Part shown: in pieces, positions 9,295-19,285 of the stretch
Layout: the number at the start of each line of letters is the position of its first letter
Position numbering within the stretch: the first letter of the stretch is position 1
From: a virus
Length of the DNA stretch: 64,000 nt
Virus record (IMG/VR): IMGVR_UViG_3300021185_001461
Coordinates: 1 to 64,000 of that record
Strand: one strand, 5' to 3'
Translations under genes and position numbers: made by a program
Notes under the pieces: generated by a model
Seen by the model: the letters and a program-made list of their open reading frames with translations, nothing else
Database searches by the model: none
Told to the model about the DNA's origin: nothing

Positions 9295-10746
9295 TTATTG
9301 CCAATCTACTTTTTCAATAGTAAATGGATAGTTCGCTTCTTTGTAAAATTTCTTACGTTGTGTTAAGTGCCTTTTACTAAATTTTGCTGAACTTGTGATG
9401 TCCCATATTTGAACATTGTCTTTGTCTTCTGCTTTACGTATTCCACGACCAATACTTTGAATTACTCTAACAAAACTTTTGCCAGGCTCAATAAGTACTA
9501 GATTAAAAATACGTGGAATATTAATTCCAACCGCCGCAACTCCGTATGTTGCTACTACAATTTGATTAGTGCCTTCGTTGATATCATCATAATGATCTTT
9601 ACGATCTGTTGATTTCATTGCACCACTAACAAAATTAGCATGTGGTAAATTATCACAAATTAAGCCACCTGCTTTAATTCTGTCTACTAATACAAGTGTG
9701 TTTCCTGATTGTGAAATTTTATCAATCAATCCACTTATATGTTGCATACGAGCTTTATCTGTAGTAAGATATGTTAGCTCACTTTGGTAATTATTATATT
9801 CAGCAAATTCTTTTAACTGAACAACGTTAACATGACACTGACTAAGTACGTCCATGTCTTGTAATTCACTTGCACTAAGTTTATTAGTTACTTCACCTAA
9901 ACATGCTTGTAAACTAACCTTCTCATGATCTGCTTTAGGAATAGTTCCTGTTAGTCCCCAACGCAATGGAATATGTGCAAACTCTTTTGTTAGCAAATCT
10001 TTTAATACATCTGCTTTTGCTTGATGTACTTCGTCAACTATAACACAAGTTACATCAGCAGTAAATTCGTGTAAACTAAGCTCATCAAGTCCATCACGAA
10101 AACGTTTTCTAATACTGTTTAAACTTTGCCATGTGCAAATTGTGTGGGTATGTCCTAATTCTTTTTTGTCTCCAAAATAAACGCCTACATCTAATCCGAG
10201 GTTTGCATAATCATCAGCAGTCTGCCTAACTAAATCTTTGTTAGGTACAATAACGATTGATCTTCCGTATTTTTCTACACGCTCACTAAGTGCCGCAGTA
10301 ATTAATGTTTTACCTGCACCAGTGGCAATTTCTTGTAAACAATGTGGTGTACTTAAAAACTTGTTTACAATTTCAATTTGATAATCACGTAACGTAATAG
10401 GCTCGCCTGCCATTTGATGTTTCTCTGGCCAGAGCTTGTGTTGAAATGTTGTTTCATCAACAATAGGGAAATCAAAAGTGTGTACTTTTCTTAGGTCATT
10501 AATATCAATTTCATAACCTTGTTCCATTATAAGAGGAAGTACTCTATCTAATAAGTTAATGTATGTAACACCACCTACAGTAAAGTAACTCTGACACCCG
10601 TCCCATCTACCTAACTTATATGCTGGCACGTGGAATGCATAAGGTAAAAAGAACTTTAATTCTTTTTCACATTTTCTACGAGTGTTTACATCAAGATTTT
10701 CAATCTTACAGTTAACTTCGTCTTTAAGGATAATTTTACATTTCAT
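9295..10746 (-). CDS. uvsW: UvsW-like SF2 DNA helicase
   Basis: LRDYQ, ATGAGKT, DEVH, GLTGT, QSIGRGIR; likely start MKCKII at 10746. Confidence 0.93.
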   Translation of the reverse strand: MKCKIILKDEVNCKIENLDVNTRRKCEKELKFFLPYAFHVPAYKLGRWDGCQSYFTVGGVTYINLLDRVLPLIMEQGYEIDINDLRKVHTFDFPIVDETTFQHKLWPEKHQMAGEPITLRDYQIEIVNKFLSTPHCLQEIATGAGKTLITAALSERVEKYGRSIVIVPNKDLVRQTADDYANLGLDVGVYFGDKKELGHTHTICTWQSLNSIRKRFRDGLDELSLHEFTADVTCVIVDEVHQAKADVLKDLLTKEFAHIPLRWGLTGTIPKADHEKVSLQACLGEVTNKLSASELQDMDVLSQCHVNVVQLKEFAEYNNYQSELTYLTTDKARMQHISGLIDKISQSGNTLVLVDRIKAGGLICDNLPHANFVSGAMKSTDRKDHYDDINEGTNQIVVATYGVAAVGINIPRIFNLVLIEPGKSFVRVIQSIGRGIRKAEDKDNVQIWDITSSAKFSKRHLTQRKKFYKEANYPFTIEKVDWQ

Positions 10747-10752
10747 ATTAGT

Positions 10753-10781
10753 ATAATACACTATTGTATAGGATAAGTCAA
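10753..10781 (-). promoter_or_regulatory. Sigma70-type promoter of uvsW (leaderless geometry)
   Basis: TTGACT-17-TATTAT, 6 nt to the ATG. Confidence 0.65.
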
Positions 10782-10795
10782 GCTCGAACGCTTGA

Positions 10796-11125
10796 TTATG
10801 TTAGATATTTTAAAAGTAAATAAAGGCAGAACAATGTAAATGATATTGATACAGTCAATGATATCCAAAAACCATTTTGTAATACCATATATGCAAAGAT
10901 AGGAAAGAAAACTAAACTTACAACTACAAAGTAAACAGTTTCCTTTGCCAGTTGAGCAAACACTTCTGGTTGTACTCCACTAAGATGCATAAAGATAACA
11001 CTTATTACACTACCCAACGGTATTCCTAATATTAATGCACCCATGGTTGGATTGCCACGCTCGGCTGCAGTTACTACACCTGCTATAACTAGCCCACCTA
11101 TGATTGCTTTAATTACAAATTCCAT
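10796..11125 (-). CDS. Small 4-TM membrane protein (DUF3147/GlpM-like)
   Basis: Four hydrophobic segments; IKAIIGGLVIA...P..GALILGIPL.S pattern. Confidence 0.6.
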   Translation of the reverse strand: MEFVIKAIIGGLVIAGVVTAAERGNPTMGALILGIPLGSVISVIFMHLSGVQPEVFAQLAKETVYFVVVSLVFFPIFAYMVLQNGFWISLTVSISFTLFCLYLLLKYLT

Positions 11126-11141
11126 CTTGTATTTATGTCAT

Positions 11142-11170
11142 AAAAAAAGCCCCGAAGGGCTTTTTCTTTT
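11142..11170. terminator. Rho-independent terminator
   Basis: A7-GCCC-CGAA-GGGC-T5. Confidence 0.8.
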
Positions 11171-11179
11171 TAAATTTTA

Positions 11180-12049
11180 TTATGCAACTCTTCGCATACA
11201 AGTGACTTCAGCAGTTCGTTTCCACTTTTCATCACCAAAACTCTTTTTAAGATCTGCAAGTTTAGTAACCATACGCAAACTAATCTCACGCATTTTTTCT
11301 TTGTTATCAAACATGAAGTTCATTAAGTCTTCTTGTTCTTCTTGTGTAAACTGATACTCATTAAGCATACCATCTGCAACAATCTGCTTACAACGTAATA
11401 CTTTTTCACGCATTGTATCCATTGTAAGATCTAAGTAGTGACATCTTGACATGATTGCCGCTAAGTGATCTTTAATTTTACCTCTTACATTATCAAACTT
11501 AAGGTTAGTAATAAAGATAACACTACCTTGGAATTCAAAAGTATCTGGAATACCCTCACGTCTTAGCAATGCACTATCTGTGTTCCAACTTAATTTTCTT
11601 TTCTTACAAGAATCAAGTGCCGCTTTAAGCAAGTTAAGTGATGTCTCATCATACAATACTGTATCACAATCATCTAAAACAAGAACACTATTCTTGTCTG
11701 CGTTATTATAAAGTACTTTGTACAAACCAATTGCACTTGAGGCACCTTTAATAACTTCAAACCTTAGTTTATTGTTAGCAAGTACATCAAACAAACTGTT
11801 CTTTTCTAGTACTTTCTCAACTCCAAAACTTTTACCAACTCCTGGAGGGCCTGTTACAACCATACCACGCACAACACCATCAATTGAGGCTTGTGTCATA
11901 TCATCTAGTATGCTAAAACGCTCACGCATACGCTCGATAATTTGATTATCAGTTTCATTTGGATTGTCCTTCACATTATTAGGAAGAACTTCAATAATAG
12001 TCTCGCCTTTTTTGTTTTTACGAGCCTTCTTAAGTTGCATTTGTGTCAT
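11180..12049 (-). CDS. AAA+-type P-loop ATPase, early gene
   Basis: GPPGVGKS, LVLDDCD, IFITN, SRC. Confidence 0.85.
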   Translation of the reverse strand: MTQMQLKKARKNKKGETIIEVLPNNVKDNPNETDNQIIERMRERFSILDDMTQASIDGVVRGMVVTGPPGVGKSFGVEKVLEKNSLFDVLANNKLRFEVIKGASSAIGLYKVLYNNADKNSVLVLDDCDTVLYDETSLNLLKAALDSCKKRKLSWNTDSALLRREGIPDTFEFQGSVIFITNLKFDNVRGKIKDHLAAIMSRCHYLDLTMDTMREKVLRCKQIVADGMLNEYQFTQEEQEDLMNFMFDNKEKMREISLRMVTKLADLKKSFGDEKWKRTAEVTCMRRVA

Positions 12050-12082
12050 TTAAAACTCCTGTTTTTTATTAACTATACTTAC

Positions 12083-12111
12083 AGTATACAGTAAGACGTC
12101 TTACTTGTCAA
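12083..12111 (-). promoter_or_regulatory. Early sigma70 promoter with palindromic spacer GTAAGACGTCTTAC
   Basis: TTGACA-17-TATACT; perfect 14-bp palindrome at 12091-12104. Confidence 0.85.
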
Positions 12112-12159
12112 CCTATATACTAAACTTTTTTTACTCTTTTTTGACGTTTTATTCATAGA

Positions 12160-12198
12160 ATTGGGCCCTATAAGAAAAAGGGCCCAATATGTGTTTTT
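12160..12198 (-). terminator. Probable terminator hairpin
   Basis: ATTGGGCCC...GGGCCCAAT inverted repeat after the HTH gene. Confidence 0.6.
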
Positions 12199-12206
12199 AT
12201 TAAATA

Positions 12207-12476
12207 TTATACTAATACTCTTTTTTTAGCGATTGTGTACTCGTTTGCTGCTCTTCCAACATCACCCGATTCAATTGCTACTGCTTTTACGTTAAAACCT
12301 TCTTCTCTTAACTCAGAAAGTCTTGCACCCGGAGATGCGATGTCTAATTTTTCTCTTAGATCATCCATTGTAAAAGATTTACCTGTACCCCAGAATTTAG
12401 CTAGGATTTTTTGGTTTTGAGTACCTTCTTTGAAAAATTTAGTACCCACTGCACTTGTTTTTTTAGTTCTTGGCAT
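12207..12476 (-). CDS. Small winged-helix DNA-binding protein
   Basis: TQNQKIL...FTMDDLREKLDIASPGARLSELREEGFNV...Y pattern. Confidence 0.75.
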   Translation of the reverse strand: MPRTKKTSAVGTKFFKEGTQNQKILAKFWGTGKSFTMDDLREKLDIASPGARLSELREEGFNVKAVAIESGDVGRAANEYTIAKKRVLV

Positions 12477-12526
12477 TTTAACTCCTTTATTATTAATTAT
12501 AATAACTTTATGTTATTGTTAAATAT

Positions 12527-12555
12527 AATATATACTAGGAATTGGATCCTGTCAA
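12527..12555 (-). promoter_or_regulatory. Sigma70 promoter of the HTH gene
   Basis: TTGACA-17-TATATT. Confidence 0.75.
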
Positions 12556-12569
12556 CCTTTAAAAAACCC

Positions 12570-13307
12570 TTATAATTGTAGGATTTTTACCCTATTTACA
12601 ACAGTTTCTTTGGCATTTGAGTACTTTGATAGCTCATGTTTGTTGACTGTACCACGAATTTTAATGGTTTTATCCGAAATAATATCACTAATATCCGGTT
12701 GATCTCGCCACCAAAACTTAATAATATCTTTTTCAGCGTAAACTGTGGTAATCATATAAACATCACTAGTTTGAATAAACTTAACATCTAGTACTTTTAC
12801 ATTAATATCGTATCTTTTACCCCTAGTACCAAAATACATACTACTATGCTTTAATGCTGACATTTTATCTTCAACTGCTTCACGCTTTTTGTCAATTTCA
12901 ACACTATGTGGTAAACTAGCAATAATACTTACTGCAAAATTATTAATTTGTGGGTCTGATAATGCTTTAGCAACGTTTTGCTCAAAATTATTGAGATTAT
13001 TAGTCATCTTTTTGATCATTAATTTACCATTAATACTATCAATAAGATCATTAGCATTTTTAGTTTCTTCGTCGGTAAACGACATATTTGGATCTTCTAA
13101 AATATCAACAATACAAGATTTATTATCTCGTATTTCTACAGGTTCACCACTTTGGGGCGAAGTATCAGTATATCCTTGTCCACTACGAACAAATCCCTGA
13201 TCTTTGTATACAAGAACTGCCGCACACATTACATCTATAACGGTAACTGTTGGCCATGGTGTTTTTTTCATTTTTGACTCCACTGGTAAAATTGAATATT
13301 TGAACAT
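12570..13307 (-). CDS. Hypothetical early protein with probable C-terminal OB fold
   Basis: YFGTRGKR...IKIRGTVNKH...ETVVNRVK. Confidence 0.65.
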   Translation of the reverse strand: MFKYSILPVESKMKKTPWPTVTVIDVMCAAVLVYKDQGFVRSGQGYTDTSPQSGEPVEIRDNKSCIVDILEDPNMSFTDEETKNANDLIDSINGKLMIKKMTNNLNNFEQNVAKALSDPQINNFAVSIIASLPHSVEIDKKREAVEDKMSALKHSSMYFGTRGKRYDINVKVLDVKFIQTSDVYMITTVYAEKDIIKFWWRDQPDISDIISDKTIKIRGTVNKHELSKYSNAKETVVNRVKILQL

Positions 13308-13323
13308 TTTCTACTTTAACTAT

Positions 13324-13352
13324 AGTATACGGTAAGAGTTCTTGCTTGTCAA
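13324..13352 (-). promoter_or_regulatory. Early sigma70 promoter with imperfect palindromic spacer
   Basis: TTGACA-17-TATACT; GTAAGAGTTCTTGC at 13332-13345. Confidence 0.8.
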
Positions 13353-13356
13353 CCTT

Positions 13357-13815
13357 TTATAATGAAATATCTTCTAATCCTGCGGCACGTAGTTTAACTA
13401 CATTATTAATCTGAAACTGTTTGGCTTCTAATGCCTTAATAACACCTATATATTTGTTTCGTACTAAACTAAAATCATTAATAAGGTATTGTAAATCTAC
13501 TACATTTTGCTCACCATCTACAAATTTATCTGCATCACGTGAGCTAAGTGCTTTATTATAATTTTCTAAAAACTTACGGAATGTTTGGGATCGTAATTTA
13601 CGCATTTCTGTATTGAGAAACTCAAGTATTGCTTCTACTTCTTGTAATTGATTAAACCTATGTTCAACAATACCAGGCATATCTCTACTTTGCTTTTCTA
13701 ATACACCTTTCATACTACACTCAAATCGTGCTTCATCAATTTGTTTCTCAAAGTGAGAGATAGCATTAACTATCTCTCCTAAATTTGCCGTAACTTTACG
13801 ATACCATGCACTCAT
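13357..13815 (-). CDS. uvsY: UvsY-like recombination mediator
   Basis: Helical 152 aa, D.DKFVDGE, KALEAKQFQINN..KLR; two genes downstream of uvsX. Confidence 0.8.
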   Translation of the reverse strand: MSAWYRKVTANLGEIVNAISHFEKQIDEARFECSMKGVLEKQSRDMPGIVEHRFNQLQEVEAILEFLNTEMRKLRSQTFRKFLENYNKALSSRDADKFVDGEQNVVDLQYLINDFSLVRNKYIGVIKALEAKQFQINNVVKLRAAGLEDISL

Positions 13816-14084
13816 TAGTATTCATGCTCCTCGTCATCTTCGTTGTATTCGTCAAAAACATCTTCATCTTCTTCTTCTTGCTCTAAATGTTCATCAAGTG
13901 CTTCACCTAAGTATTCGCAATGATCCGCTATTTCTTTATATGCTGGTTTTAATTCAAAACCAAAGTCTAGCAGTTGATAGATAGTTCTTCGAGCAAATTC
14001 TAGTTTATCTTTATCAGATATAAAGTTTTGTGCTTCGTCATATAAGTTAAATATAAACTCAAAATCTCCTTCATCAAGATTCAT
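13815..14084 (-). CDS. Acidic hypothetical protein
   Basis: 89 aa, coupled between uvsX and uvsY. Confidence 0.65.
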   Translation of the reverse strand: MNLDEGDFEFIFNLYDEAQNFISDKDKLEFARRTIYQLLDFGFELKPAYKEIADHCEYLGEALDEHLEQEEEDEDVFDEYNEDDEEHEY

Positions 14085-15177
14085 TTACCACCTCCGTTGT
14101 AGTTTCTTCAATGTTATCCATAATTTCTTCTTCTGCATCAGCTAGATCATTGTCATATTCTGACATGACGATATCTAATGCGCCGTCCTTATTTGCATTC
14201 CAAGGTTTACGGAACATTTTAATTACTTCACCTGTTACCGGGCTAATGTATTCTAAACTGTTTCCACTTTTCTTTAACAAACCTTTTGCTTCAAAGAAGT
14301 CAGTCAAGCCACTGTATGGGCTCATACCTGTTTCATATGGGATTTCAACTTGCACACTTTCAAATGGTTTAGCGTAACGAGATTTCATTACTTTACACGC
14401 CGCTCTAATACCAAATACTTGTGATGTTTTGTTGCCATCTGCATCAACTTTTAGTTTAAGTTTACGCATTGCAATAACAATACTACTTGCATAGATAAAG
14501 CCCTGTCCGCCTGAGATCTTATCATCTGGATCGAACATGTCTTGTGATGCATATGTATGGTTAGTTGCTAGTAGTCCTACATTGTACTGTCCAAACATAT
14601 TAACTGTGTTACGAACTAATGAAGTTAGTGCTTTAGGCTTACGACCCATATCACCTTTCATATCACCTTTGTTAAACTGGTCAACATCAGTGGGTGTTAA
14701 TAACATACCTAACGAGTCAACTACAAACAATACCTTAGGTCTGTCTTCGTCTTCTGCTTCGGCGTATTCTGCCTTGTAATCCTTCATAAAGTCACTAATT
14801 GTTTTAGCAACATCATCAATCATACTCATGTTAAGTTTTAATAGTTTTTCTGGTGTAGTATCTACATTCAGTGCGTGTAGCCATTTCTCATCTAATGCAT
14901 TTTCTGTGTCAATTAGAATAACAAATATGCCTTGTTCTTGTGCTGATCTAACTACATTACCTGCCGCGATAAACGATTTACCTGCGCCTGATTCTCCTGC
15001 TAGAACAGTTACCTTACCTAGTGGAATTCCTTTGTCAAATTCGTTACTGATAAGTTTGTTTAGTGTGTAATTTCCTGTACTAATCCAAGTGTCAGGGTCA
15101 TTAAAGCCTACGCTTAACCCAGGAACACTTTTAGTAATAGCTTTTCGGAATTTACTTACGTCAAATGGTCTTGCCAT
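14074..15177 (-). CDS. uvsX: RecA/UvsX recombinase
   Basis: GESGAGKS, IDTENA, VVDSLG, TNHTY, SGGQG. Confidence 0.95.
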   Translation of the reverse strand: MARPFDVSKFRKAITKSVPGLSVGFNDPDTWISTGNYTLNKLISNEFDKGIPLGKVTVLAGESGAGKSFIAAGNVVRSAQEQGIFVILIDTENALDEKWLHALNVDTTPEKLLKLNMSMIDDVAKTISDFMKDYKAEYAEAEDEDRPKVLFVVDSLGMLLTPTDVDQFNKGDMKGDMGRKPKALTSLVRNTVNMFGQYNVGLLATNHTYASQDMFDPDDKISGGQGFIYASSIVIAMRKLKLKVDADGNKTSQVFGIRAACKVMKSRYAKPFESVQVEIPYETGMSPYSGLTDFFEAKGLLKKSGNSLEYISPVTGEVIKMFRKPWNANKDGALDIVMSEYDNDLADAEEEIMDNIEETTTEVVNES

Positions 15178-15198
15178 AATGTTTTTTCTCCTATGTTA

Positions 15199-15225
15199 AA
15201 GTGAGGGCACTAAGGACCCTCACTC
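15199..15225 (-). terminator. Hairpin/terminator between gp32 and uvsX
   Basis: AGTGAGGG...CCCTCACT inverted repeat. Confidence 0.6.
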
Positions 15226-15237
15226 AATTTATATTAC

Positions 15238-16251
15238 TTATTGCTTACGATTTCTAATCTGTGCTAGAATATCTTGAGCACTCGGCTGATCACCTGCTGG
15301 TGCTGCCGCTGGCGCCACTTCAGCCGTTGCCATTTCTGGCTCTGGTGCTGGCGCTGGTGCTACTGCTTCAGCAACTGGTGCCGCTGGTGCAGGTGCAGGT
15401 GCTGGTGTTGGTGGTGGAGTAGTTGCCGCTGCTTCAGGTTTTGCTCCTGTAGTAGCTGGTGCATCTACACCATATGGACGATAGTACTGACCAAAACGTG
15501 CTGGATCATACAGTTGTCCATCAACACTTGCTTCGAACATTTCGAAGATAGCATTTAGATGCTCTGCATCAGGCTTCTTAGGTAAGAAGTCATTTAGATT
15601 GTGCAGGTCGTGTGTTGCAATTGCATCACGTTCTGTTTGATCTAAACTACGTTCTCTACGAGCCCAATTAGATGTTGAATAGTCAGCATATTGACCTTTG
15701 GTAGATTTTCTGATTACGAAATCTGTACCAGCTTCATAGTCTGTAGGAATTTCCTGGAATTCAGGATCCATTAATGCTGAACTAATGATTTTATAAATTT
15801 GAGGTGAAATAACAAAACGTCTAATAGGATTCTCAGGTACTGAGTCTTCCTGTAGATCACTTTGTGTTACAAAGCCTTGGAAAATGTAACTACGCTTTTT
15901 CCAATACTTACGACCCATGTCTTCCATAGTAGGGTCTTTAAACCAAGGACGAATTTCTGCATGTACTGGACATGTATCTCCCCACATTTCAACACAAGGT
16001 ACTTGTATTGTAACTGGTTTGTTTTCGTCTCCGCCTTTTACACCTGGAAATGATAGACGGATCATTTGACGTTCTTTCCAAAAGAAAGTGTTGTCGGGAT
16101 CTGCGTCTGGTAGGAATCGTAGTGTTGCACTACTGCCTTCTGGAATATTCCAGTGTGTGAAGATAGCGTTATCGCCGCCACCTTGTGATGAGCCTGAGCT
16201 CTTTGTTTCTTGTGCTTGTAATTTTGCACGGATTTCTGCTAAAGATGCCAT
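15238..16251 (-). CDS. gp32: Single-stranded DNA-binding protein (T4 gp32-like)
   Basis: LRFLP, CP, YWKKRSY, DY..GTDF, YADYSTS; Pro/Ala-rich linker and C-terminal DILAQIR. Confidence 0.9.
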   Translation of the reverse strand: MASLAEIRAKLQAQETKSSGSSQGGGDNAIFTHWNIPEGSSATLRFLPDADPDNTFFWKERQMIRLSFPGVKGGDENKPVTIQVPCVEMWGDTCPVHAEIRPWFKDPTMEDMGRKYWKKRSYIFQGFVTQSDLQEDSVPENPIRRFVISPQIYKIISSALMDPEFQEIPTDYEAGTDFVIRKSTKGQYADYSTSNWARRERSLDQTERDAIATHDLHNLNDFLPKKPDAEHLNAIFEMFEASVDGQLYDPARFGQYYRPYGVDAPATTGAKPEAAATTPPPTPAPAPAPAAPVAEAVAPAPAPEPEMATAEVAPAAAPAGDQPSAQDILAQIRNRKQ

Positions 16252-16374
16252 TATTAGTTTCTCCTATATTAGCCTTTATTTGTAACAAAACTTATAGTTC
16301 TGCTTTGTTTGTGTAGCTAGTGCTACTTTGCCTTTGTGTAGCTCTTAACTACTTTTGCCTTTAGTTGCCATTAC

Positions 16375-16403
16375 AGTATATAATAAATTGTGCCTACTGT
16401 CAA
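16375..16403 (-). promoter_or_regulatory. Sigma70 promoter of gp32
   Basis: TTGACA-17-TATACT. Confidence 0.8.
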
Positions 16404-16421
16404 GCACTTTTTGAAGAAAAA

Positions 16422-19244
16422 TTATGCAATCTTTCTTCTTAGACTATTTAACGTGGCTTCAGCAAGATCTTCCATTGCTGGTTCCTTTGCTGGAGCTTTG
16501 TTATTTTTGTCTAAATATTTTGCAATCTTGGCTAATAATATAACATGCTCTTTCGGCAAGCTATACATTTCGCCTGAAATTTGACTTAGTAAGTTAAATA
16601 CTTCGTCATTTTTACTGTTCATTGCTAGAAAAGATAAGTGTGATACTAACTTAGCCATTGCACCATTACCACCTGAGTATTTAATTGGATCTTCATTATC
16701 AGGATGTTCTGGATCATTTGGATCAATGTTAAGTTTGAAATCTTCCTTGTTTTTAATCATATCGTATAAACGATTCATGTTACTTTTAGTTAGATCTGTC
16801 ATACTGTCTCTCTCCTTTATAATACGGGCTACTGTTTCTAAGACTGAATCCATATTTGCAGTCTCGAATGTATTATACATGAACTTGTCAGTTAAGTCAA
16901 CCGATTCTTTATCATTATCTTCTACAATCGCAGTAGTAGGTGCTTGATAGGCGTTATAACCTCTTGAAGTCTGTAGACTCTTAACTGTATTCTTAAATTC
17001 TTTTAATTTTTGTTTAATTGTTTCAACAATGTTTTCATTGCCTTCATTTGTTAATTTGTTTGTACGCACATGTCTCAAAAACTGTGTACATTGTGCTACT
17101 TCTGTACATAAATTAACTATTGATTCACCAATTGCATCATATGGCGTTCCGCCATTGCTTACATGGTTGGCCATAGCTTTAGCGCCTTGTAAATATTTAT
17201 GTGGGAATCTAAATCTTTCTCCTGCACTGTTTTCAATAAACAATGCTTTAATGTTACGTGATCTGCTACCACGCACTTCTTCATTAACACCTTTTGTATG
17301 CTTAATAATAAGTTTAGTGTTTTCTGGTAATTGAATATAACTTGTTTTCATACTACCTGTTGCAGGTGAATAACTTTCCATTTGTGGTTTAACTGTTCCA
17401 GTTTGTGGCTTTCTAAGGTCAGTAGTGAATTTAACTCCTTTTTTACCAAACTTAACTCCGCCGTGTCTAAGAGTATCAACACCTTTTTTAACTGCATTTT
17501 TAATGCCATCCCAACTTTCGTAATATTCTTCTTCTGATTCGCCGGCTGCCATTTCTTTACAATCTGAACATCTACCATGTCCATCATTGTAGTCCATTAA
17601 TTGAGCGCCACAGCAATTACTTACTACGCCATCTTCCATTTCATCACCTGGTGAATATGATTCAGTTTCTGCTTCAAGTAATTCGCCTGATGCTAAAACA
17701 TCAATTGCATGTTTGATATCTGTGTTTTCCATATCCACATGTGGTATTGCTTTTAATATAGCTTGCACTTGTGGCATACTCATAAATTCTTCATCGTCTG
17801 TATCTATTTCATCTGTAAATTCGTAATATGAACTATCAGTCATTCTATAGTTATCTGCTTGAATTTCTTTAGCATGATCAACTACATGTGACATAAATGC
17901 CTCTACTGAATTTCCACCTGCTTCGCCTAAATTATCTGGGCGTAACTTTGGCTTAGTTGTTGGAAATTTCTTACCAAGATTTGCTGGACGTAACTTTGGC
18001 TTAGTTTTAATTCCTGGGCCTGTGCCCATTTGATTTTCTGGATGTGCCATTTGGTCTCTGTGTCCTGCATTTGGGTTAACTTCAAACGATTCAACAAATA
18101 CTTCTACCATGTCATCGCCATTACGCAATGCACCTTTTTTAACTTTTACGTTTTCTTTGCCGTATTTTGCTATTGCTTCTTCTGGAGACATACTAGTTTG
18201 TTTCCAACGCTTTTCTGCTTCAGTAACTTTTTTAGATTCAGTAGTATTCAAAGCGTCTAACTCAGCATCATTTCTTTCTACTTCACCTGAATTATATGCT
18301 GACTTTGGATTAGGTTTTGCGTTTGGTGGTAGAACGTCATTGTCTACTCCATAAATAGAAGTCTTTTTGCCTTTTAACTTGGCAATAGCTTCTCTGTATA
18401 AACCTCTATAATCATCGTTTACTGCTGTATCAAAATAAGGTTCATGTTCGCCAATATCAACGGCTTCAATCATATCGTTAACATCACGTAATTCTGATGA
18501 AACCATGTTTGGATCCATTTCTTCATTCTCAAGATACCACTTGTGTCTTAATAATGATTTTTTCATTATTTGAAATACTGGTGAACTTGCATCTTCTTTA
18601 ATACCAGATAGTTCTCTTAATCTGCGAACATCTTCATTCTTTGATTCCAATTGAGCAATCATGTCATCAAATGTCATATCGTCTTTTTTGTTCCTCAATG
18701 CGTCAACTACTATTGCTAATGTACGTTTTGCTAATTCATCTCTGTCTCTAGTGGCTGTTGTCATTTCAATCCAAGTCCACTCATAAATCATTTGCATCAC
18801 TTCGTCAACACTTTTGTCCCACATCTGCGTGTGTTCTTTCCAGAAGTCTGTGATCTCGTAATAGCCTGTAACTGCACTTGGTTGCATGTCTTTCATTGCC
18901 TTTTCAGTACGGTCGTCTTCTTTTACTACATCGTGAGCGAAGTCTTTTGGTTCAATATTCTTATCAAATTTTCTAATGCTATATTCTGCCATGGCGTTGT
19001 GTCCTGCTTGTTTAATACTATCTAATACATCTTTGTGTTTATCAAAGTTGAAACTAGCTCCTGCTTGTACAACTAGCTCAACTTCGTCCTCTTCTTCTCT
19101 AATAGTGACAAGAAAATCATTATCATATGCGTAAAATCTCGCTGATAACTCAGGATCTAGTGTTTTATTTCCCATTGGATCAAACAGTTTTAATTTAACG
19201 TTTGCACCCTTTAGGATATTAAAAATCTCATTTGATAGTTGCAT
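16422..19244 (-). CDS. Large acidic modular protein, probable internal head protein
   Basis: 940 aa; late promoter GATAAATAC at ~19262-19270; RRLRELSGI motif; many xxE sites; CCG..CSDC Zn-like module. Confidence 0.6.
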   Translation of the reverse strand: MQLSNEIFNILKGANVKLKLFDPMGNKTLDPELSARFYAYDNDFLVTIREEEDEVELVVQAGASFNFDKHKDVLDSIKQAGHNAMAEYSIRKFDKNIEPKDFAHDVVKEDDRTEKAMKDMQPSAVTGYYEITDFWKEHTQMWDKSVDEVMQMIYEWTWIEMTTATRDRDELAKRTLAIVVDALRNKKDDMTFDDMIAQLESKNEDVRRLRELSGIKEDASSPVFQIMKKSLLRHKWYLENEEMDPNMVSSELRDVNDMIEAVDIGEHEPYFDTAVNDDYRGLYREAIAKLKGKKTSIYGVDNDVLPPNAKPNPKSAYNSGEVERNDAELDALNTTESKKVTEAEKRWKQTSMSPEEAIAKYGKENVKVKKGALRNGDDMVEVFVESFEVNPNAGHRDQMAHPENQMGTGPGIKTKPKLRPANLGKKFPTTKPKLRPDNLGEAGGNSVEAFMSHVVDHAKEIQADNYRMTDSSYYEFTDEIDTDDEEFMSMPQVQAILKAIPHVDMENTDIKHAIDVLASGELLEAETESYSPGDEMEDGVVSNCCGAQLMDYNDGHGRCSDCKEMAAGESEEEYYESWDGIKNAVKKGVDTLRHGGVKFGKKGVKFTTDLRKPQTGTVKPQMESYSPATGSMKTSYIQLPENTKLIIKHTKGVNEEVRGSRSRNIKALFIENSAGERFRFPHKYLQGAKAMANHVSNGGTPYDAIGESIVNLCTEVAQCTQFLRHVRTNKLTNEGNENIVETIKQKLKEFKNTVKSLQTSRGYNAYQAPTTAIVEDNDKESVDLTDKFMYNTFETANMDSVLETVARIIKERDSMTDLTKSNMNRLYDMIKNKEDFKLNIDPNDPEHPDNEDPIKYSGGNGAMAKLVSHLSFLAMNSKNDEVFNLLSQISGEMYSLPKEHVILLAKIAKYLDKNNKAPAKEPAMEDLAEATLNSLRRKIA

Positions 19245-19285
19245 TATAGTATTCCTTTTATGTATTTATCTAATTGATGTAATTT

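Noticed and set aside
16348-16371. uORF MATKGKK in the gp32 leader
   Set aside because: Its ATG lies only 3 nt after the -10 box, upstream of the expected TSS
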